Below, one piece after another: positions 59,090 to 64,000 of a DNA stretch of 64,000 nucleotides (position 1 is the stretch's first letter; every line of letters starts with the position of its first letter). A program made the translations under genes and the position numbers. The notes below the pieces were generated by a model. That model had not been told where the DNA came from. It worked only from the letters and a program-made list of their open reading frames with translations, and did no database searches. Origin of the DNA: Trypanosoma brucei (lineage: Eukaryota); the NCBI GenBank assembly GCA_000002445.1, contig AE017150.2:448001-512000 (forward strand), written 5' to 3'.

Positions 59090-62000
59090 CTACGATTGCG
59101 CGCTTGGTGAGCCTCTTATGCTGAGGGGTGAAACTTCGCGAGGGCCGGCGCGAGTTGTCGCTTGATGCTGTTCCATACAGCTTAACACGGAAAGTTGCAT
59201 TGACTTGCCGCAGGTACGCGAGCCTATTCCTGTAGCTTGCGACTGGAAGAACGCTGCACCACCACTACCACTGGAGGGTGACGGGCCGGCGACATTGCCT
59301 CCTGGTGCGACGTTTCTAGGCCGTGTGGTTTGGAAGCAACCTGACGAACGCTTGTTGGCGGTTGCTAACACTCCAGCCGTCGCCGACGATGACTGGAAGT
59401 TGGAGCTGCAAGTTGTTGTCCGGTAACGTCTGCCACATACAGGTCGGGCGGTCATTGGTGTAGCAGACTGAGTCGTAGTAACATTACCATTACATCCACC
59501 GCTTACGGCGAGGCGAATTCCAACTTTTGTTGCTTGACCTACAAGGGCAAACGTTAATGATTGCGACGGCTTTGTCCCTGACTCGCCACGGGATGGTGAG
59601 AAGTGACAACCATCGCGCCGTCTGTCCTTCCCCCGTTCGTGAACGGGCGTGTTACGGGGGACATGTTTCTCTGTGGACTTCTCCACGTGAGGCGTGGCTG
59701 CATAAGTGACGGGTGCCCCGGGGGACACGATGGTTGTCGTGGGTGCTTCAAGTGGAACACTCGCGGGAACTGGCACACGTCCGGCTGTTTTTACACACGC
59801 AACTACCGGAGCAGCTGCTCCATTGGAATTGTTCACCTTCCGCGACACAGTAGCAAGGTTCTTCGTGCGATCTTTCCACCGTGCAAATTGCCGACGCCGT
59901 CCACGTTTTTGCTGCTCATTTTGTTTTGAGGGTGAGGTTAATTCCTTACTATCTGCTAAGCCAAGCGTACTATGGCTTTGATTTAGCTTTATGGAGATCT
60001 TCCCGGAATCCTGGACCATGAGCTTTTGGAGTAGCGACGCCACCACACTCGTCGTGCGATGATAAGAAAGCGTTGTCGAGCGTGGGGTTCGTTTAAGAAG
60101 CACGTGAGGTGCAGATCGTGTCCCTTTGCTTGATCCCCACGAACGGCGGCAGCTACCCCCGCTGTTGGGTAGATGGTCTTCGGGTTCAATCGAGCCGAGT
60201 GCTGGTAGCAGCATCTTGTGATCATCGTTGTATCTGTCATCATCAGGGCTTGCCTCACCGGTAGTTCCTCTGTTTGAAGAATCACAGTAGCTGACAATAC
60301 TGTATTCGTTCACATCATTCAGTTCCCCAGTCGGCTCGCATGCAGCTCGTTCACCGTCACTGGAAACCTTACCGCTTTCCTTGACGATATTGTTATCTAA
60401 CGTCCTGCTACTGCTAGGGGTGGACAGAGACCGAAGTGATCTTCCTGTTTGATTCCCTACGCGGGGTGTAATGGTGAGGTCAACTTCAGCTGCAGTACGG
60501 GATCTCTTGGACTTCTCAACGTTAGGGCTCATACTGGCCGGACTATAGGCTGTGCAATCGTCATTGGTGCTACTGCCGCTCCCACTGGTAGCGTGTGGAG
60601 CCCTCCTTGGCTTGTGCTTCTCCGCGCGCGCATCCCCCGTGCCCGTTGCTGCGCTTTGCTGGTTCTGCTGGTGCTGCTTCCGCTCTTCAAGCGCCTCAAA
60701 GTTAGTAACACGGATCTGCTCGAGTTGCTCGAGCCGTTCAGCCAAGTTCCAACCATCACCCGCAGCGCTACTGCCCCCGGCTAAACGCTTTGACCGCTTG
60801 TATGAACTTCTCGAAGCACAGCGCCGTGAAGTACGCCATCTAGACATGAGTGGGGCAAAGAGCCGCTGTCGGTGCTGCATTGAGTGGTGCGACTGGAACC
60901 GGCTATCGGGCTCACCAAAGTCATCACCACTACCCTCTCCATCGTCTGCGAAATCGTTGAAGTCTTCGTAAAAATCATCACTGCCTTCACCTCCGCTGCT
61001 CAGAGCGACATCTTCATAGTTTCTCTTCAGCGTACGATTTGGCACCGTGGGTGGCCTGTGCATAATTTGAACCGGTGGGGCACTGGGTGCTTTCACATCG
61101 TCAAGTAGCGGTTGTGTATCACGCGGAGAAGACCTATTTAGGGAGGCTAAATTGCCCTTCAGCGAAGGGTCACGTCCCTTTTCGACACGTATGTCCGAAT
61201 CCATGCTCTCCGATGGGTGCGGAAATATATCGCTTTCACCACTTCCCACCCTCGCATGAGTTGAAAGACTCCGCTGCTGTTGGATACAAGCCAACGAGTC
61301 TACGCTATGCATCGAGGATGTGCCATGCTCCTTCCCTCCATCAAGCACCCCGGAGCTGTTCCACGTGAAAGTCGAGACCGTTAATTCTCTAGCCTCATCA
61401 CGGCTTCGCGTTAGGGGAAAGTGCTGTTGGTACGTGGTCGGTGAATTTGACATCCTCGACAGATGCTGTGGTGGCGCACTACTGCGTGTTGAGGATCCAC
61501 GTACGGAGATACAAGTTGACGACGGGGTCTCCAGAGCAAGAGACAATGGTCGTGAGAGAGGGGACAATACAACGCTAACTTGACTCCCAGCCCGCTCGCA
61601 GGACGCTGCTCGGTTGGAAACCAGTGGTGTTGCAGACACCAAAGCACCTAATGCAACAGGCGATAACCTAGGTGACGTCGAATTTGAAGCAAATGCGGAA
61701 ACGTACTGTGAGACAGTAATGCCCGTGTCCTGGGTGAGAAAAGTATTGACTCCATCAACTGTTACACTTTCCTGTGAATTAAGCGGCAATTGCTCTTCGC
61801 CTTGTCGGTAGGACTCCTCTGTTCCATTGAAGTCGTGCGACACCGTTTTTTCCCCGTCGTATTTCATCTCGCGATACCGCGAGACCTGATCGACACATGG
61901 GTATGTGAAACTGACGTTACCTATCTGGTGCAGCGAAAGTGATGTCGTGTTGTTCGCAGATGAGTCACCATCCCCTTCCATAAGGTCCAGCAAGTTTTCG

Positions 62001-62263
62001 GTTCCTTTCCGCTTTCCTGTAGCGGCTGCTGGCTCTACCCCCATGGCAGATGACTCAGCACCTGATTTAGCTGGTTCCTCTCCCTCGTGTTCTAAGAGGG
62101 AGTGAAAGCGAGGGCCAGCGTCTGATTTGGGCGACGAAACGTGCCCTACGTTAGTCCCGACATACAAATCAAACGCCAACTGGGGATCACCTTCCGTAGA
62201 AACCCTGTCAATTAGAGGATGTTCTTTGTCATTCGCAGAGGACGGATTCCTCTTTCGAGGCAT
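59090..62263 (-). CDS. Hypothetical large Ser/Thr-rich low-complexity protein
   Basis: The ORF-track start is TTG. The first ATG is at 62261-62263 ('MPRKRNPSSANDKEHPLIDRV'), giving about 1057 aa of mostly disordered S/T/P/G-rich sequence. Confidence 0.5.
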   Translation of the reverse strand: MPRKRNPSSANDKEHPLIDRVSTEGDPQLAFDLYVGTNVGHVSSPKSDAGPRFHSLLEHEGEEPAKSGAESSAMGVEPAAATGKRKGTENLLDLMEGDGDSSANNTTSLSLHQIGNVSFTYPCVDQVSRYREMKYDGEKTVSHDFNGTEESYRQGEEQLPLNSQESVTVDGVNTFLTQDTGITVSQYVSAFASNSTSPRLSPVALGALVSATPLVSNRAASCERAGSQVSVVLSPLSRPLSLALETPSSTCISVRGSSTRSSAPPQHLSRMSNSPTTYQQHFPLTRSRDEARELTVSTFTWNSSGVLDGGKEHGTSSMHSVDSLACIQQQRSLSTHARVGSGESDIFPHPSESMDSDIRVEKGRDPSLKGNLASLNRSSPRDTQPLLDDVKAPSAPPVQIMHRPPTVPNRTLKRNYEDVALSSGGEGSDDFYEDFNDFADDGEGSGDDFGEPDSRFQSHHSMQHRQRLFAPLMSRWRTSRRCASRSSYKRSKRLAGGSSAAGDGWNLAERLEQLEQIRVTNFEALEERKQHQQNQQSAATGTGDARAEKHKPRRAPHATSGSGSSTNDDCTAYSPASMSPNVEKSKRSRTAAEVDLTITPRVGNQTGRSLRSLSTPSSSRTLDNNIVKESGKVSSDGERAACEPTGELNDVNEYSIVSYCDSSNRGTTGEASPDDDRYNDDHKMLLPALGSIEPEDHLPNSGGSCRRSWGSSKGTRSAPHVLLKRTPRSTTLSYHRTTSVVASLLQKLMVQDSGKISIKLNQSHSTLGLADSKELTSPSKQNEQQKRGRRRQFARWKDRTKNLATVSRKVNNSNGAAAPVVACVKTAGRVPVPASVPLEAPTTTIVSPGAPVTYAATPHVEKSTEKHVPRNTPVHERGKDRRRDGCHFSPSRGESGTKPSQSLTFALVGQATKVGIRLAVSGGCNGNVTTTQSATPMTARPVCGRRYRTTTCSSNFQSSSATAGVLATANKRSSGCFQTTRPRNVAPGGNVAGPSPSSGSGGAAFFQSQATGIGSRTCGKSMQLSVLSCMEQHQATTRAGPREVSPLSIRGSPSAQS

Positions 62264-63040
62264 GTGACTGTACAAATAATAAGGGACAACCTCTTGCCGG
62301 AGGTGGCAGCAACAACACTATAATCGCTTTTCTTCCTGTCTATTAAGGTACACCAAAGAAATCTGTCGCAACACAGCCTAATTTGAACGTAGAACCGGAG
62401 GCTTACCACCCAACGTCACGCGCTTCCGTATATATATTTTGTGCCGTATACGAGGGTGGTAAAAGGGTGAAGGGGATCAAATCAGCGACAGTGACTGTAA
62501 TATACAATATCTTGTTACCCCTAGAACCCACTCCCCCCTCCTTCAGGCCTGCAAGTACAAATGCTTAAACTTTGCGCTTTACAAACGCTTAGCTGGATCC
62601 GAGATCCTCTTCCCTTAATACCTCCTACGCTATACAAAAGCTATAGGGTGCAAAACTTACGACTTTTTGCTGCTGACGTGTTGAACAAAAAATGAAAGGT
62701 GCATAGAGAAGACATCGACTTGCAGTGTTCGAAGAAAGATATTGTTAAAAAACAGTTGACTCATTTTATATTTTAGAATACTCCCCACGTGCATATTCTG
62801 CGCTCTTGCCAGTGCGGTGATACGACCAAAAACCCACAATAAGTCACAACACAGACCATCTGATGTGACGAGACATCAATGTCCTGACCCTGTGTAGAAA
62901 CAACAGGGTCGGGTGTTTGACCACTAGTCTCTCAAAACTCCTCCAAGCAATGACACGGAACACAAATGAACAGTTGGAACGGTTGAACACATCAGCTCTT
63001 CTACCCAACATATATTTCATATGAGCAAGTGTCCAGTAAT

Positions 63041-63358
63041 TCACTCAGTAGTTAGGCCGCGGCTGTTGAGACGAAAGAGCTCCTTATCCAACCGATCGTT
63101 CCGTTGATAAAGAGGAAACATTCTACCTTGAGATGCCGCTAGTGATCCTGGTCGGCTGGGACGCCCCTTTTGCGCAGGATATAGTTGACCCCTTATATGG
63201 AATGTATAGTTCAACGGCCGGTAAAGAGCAGCGGCATACGCAGGATTCAATTGAAGCGCAGCCGCTGCCTCATCCATATTGAAGCGACCTCGACGGTCAC
63301 GCGAGCCTAGAGGGTAGTCACGCCAGCTGCTCCACAAAAATCGTGTCCTCTGGTACAT
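63041..63358 (-). CDS. Hypothetical small protein (105 aa)
   Basis: ATG confirmed at 63356-63358. It is on the transcribed strand. Coding status is uncertain. Confidence 0.3.
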   Translation of the reverse strand: MYQRTRFLWSSWRDYPLGSRDRRGRFNMDEAAAALQLNPAYAAALYRPLNYTFHIRGQLYPAQKGRPSRPGSLAASQGRMFPLYQRNDRLDKELFRLNSRGLTTE

Positions 63359-64000
63359 TTAACTAAGCTAGCGCAGACGTTAGGATATTTGAGCGACACC
63401 CCTTACGATGTACAGTCCGTCAGGGAAACCCAATTCTATTACACTTCCCTGGATTTACCAAGTACACGACACCTATGTTCACCCTAAGAGTCCCAGAGAA
63501 GTACAGAGCACAGTGGAAGGACTTGTTAAATGTTAAGAACAGTAAGAAGACCGTCGTATCGTCATCAAGCGGAACGCACGTGGGGTAATGCAAAGACCAG
63601 GGTAAGGGTAAACAGAGCCTGAACAGCTATTTCGAGACAGCTTTTCAACTCAATAACAATACATCGACGTACAGACACCACCAATGGCCCCCCCTGGTAG
63701 CAGAGTCACGACTGCAAACAACAGGAGAAGTTCCAACACTGTCAATCATTAGGGGAGAGGGCAAGTAGACCGACCGTAAAATCTACAGCATGTAACGCCG
63801 TACGGTCGATGCAACGTATCGTTCACACTAGGAAGAGGATCTGAATCCAATGAGGAACACCCGCCAACAGCATCACGCGGGGTAAAGCCCATCAAACCAT
63901 AGTCCAAGATGGCAATGATGCCAGCGCCAGCAGAGACGCGCAAGCCAACCACACACTTGATTAGTTTCAGAGAAGTCAGGTCTTCCAAAGGCATGTTACA

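Overview
Reading: a gene-dense, single-direction stretch of a trypanosomatid nuclear chromosome. This is an inference from gene content and architecture; I have no database access.

Organisation: every convincing gene is on the minus strand, there are no introns, intergenic regions are pyrimidine-rich on the transcribed strand, and (CA)n/(TA)n microsatellites are frequent. The gene content and order fit my recollection of a Trypanosoma brucei chromosome-2 segment, but I cannot verify this here.

Genes by homology (motifs read directly from the translations): CK2 alpha kinase, 26S proteasome lid subunit RPN6, SUMO E2 UBC9, a TRM7/FtsJ-type 2'-O-methyltransferase, the editosome protein KREPA1 (two C2H2 fingers plus a C-terminal OB fold), a rhomboid-like protease, a GDPD-domain protein, an ankyrin+RING E3 ligase, a COG1/Vps51-like large protein and SRP14. 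Two paralogous type-II-membrane GT-A-like glycosyltransferases flank SRP14; I recall them as GT60-like. A mitochondrial porin (VDAC)-like gene is present as two identical tandem copies.

Several further large ORFs are hypothetical proteins.

Start codons: the supplied ORF track evidently accepts TTG/GTG as starts. I re-set several starts to the first ATG, in places guided by polypyrimidine/AG trans-splice context.

Non-coding: the first ~4.5 kb is a gene-free, low-complexity, A-rich microsatellite-laden stretch.

Prokaryotic-style systems: I see no CRISPR, operon or defence-island-like structure, as expected for a eukaryote.

Most noteworthy: the divergent glycosyltransferase pair (one copy has lost the DxH motif), the perfectly homogenised VDAC tandem with different 3' flanks, and lineage-specific low-complexity insertions inside otherwise conserved enzymes (UBC9, TRM7, GDPD, RPN6).
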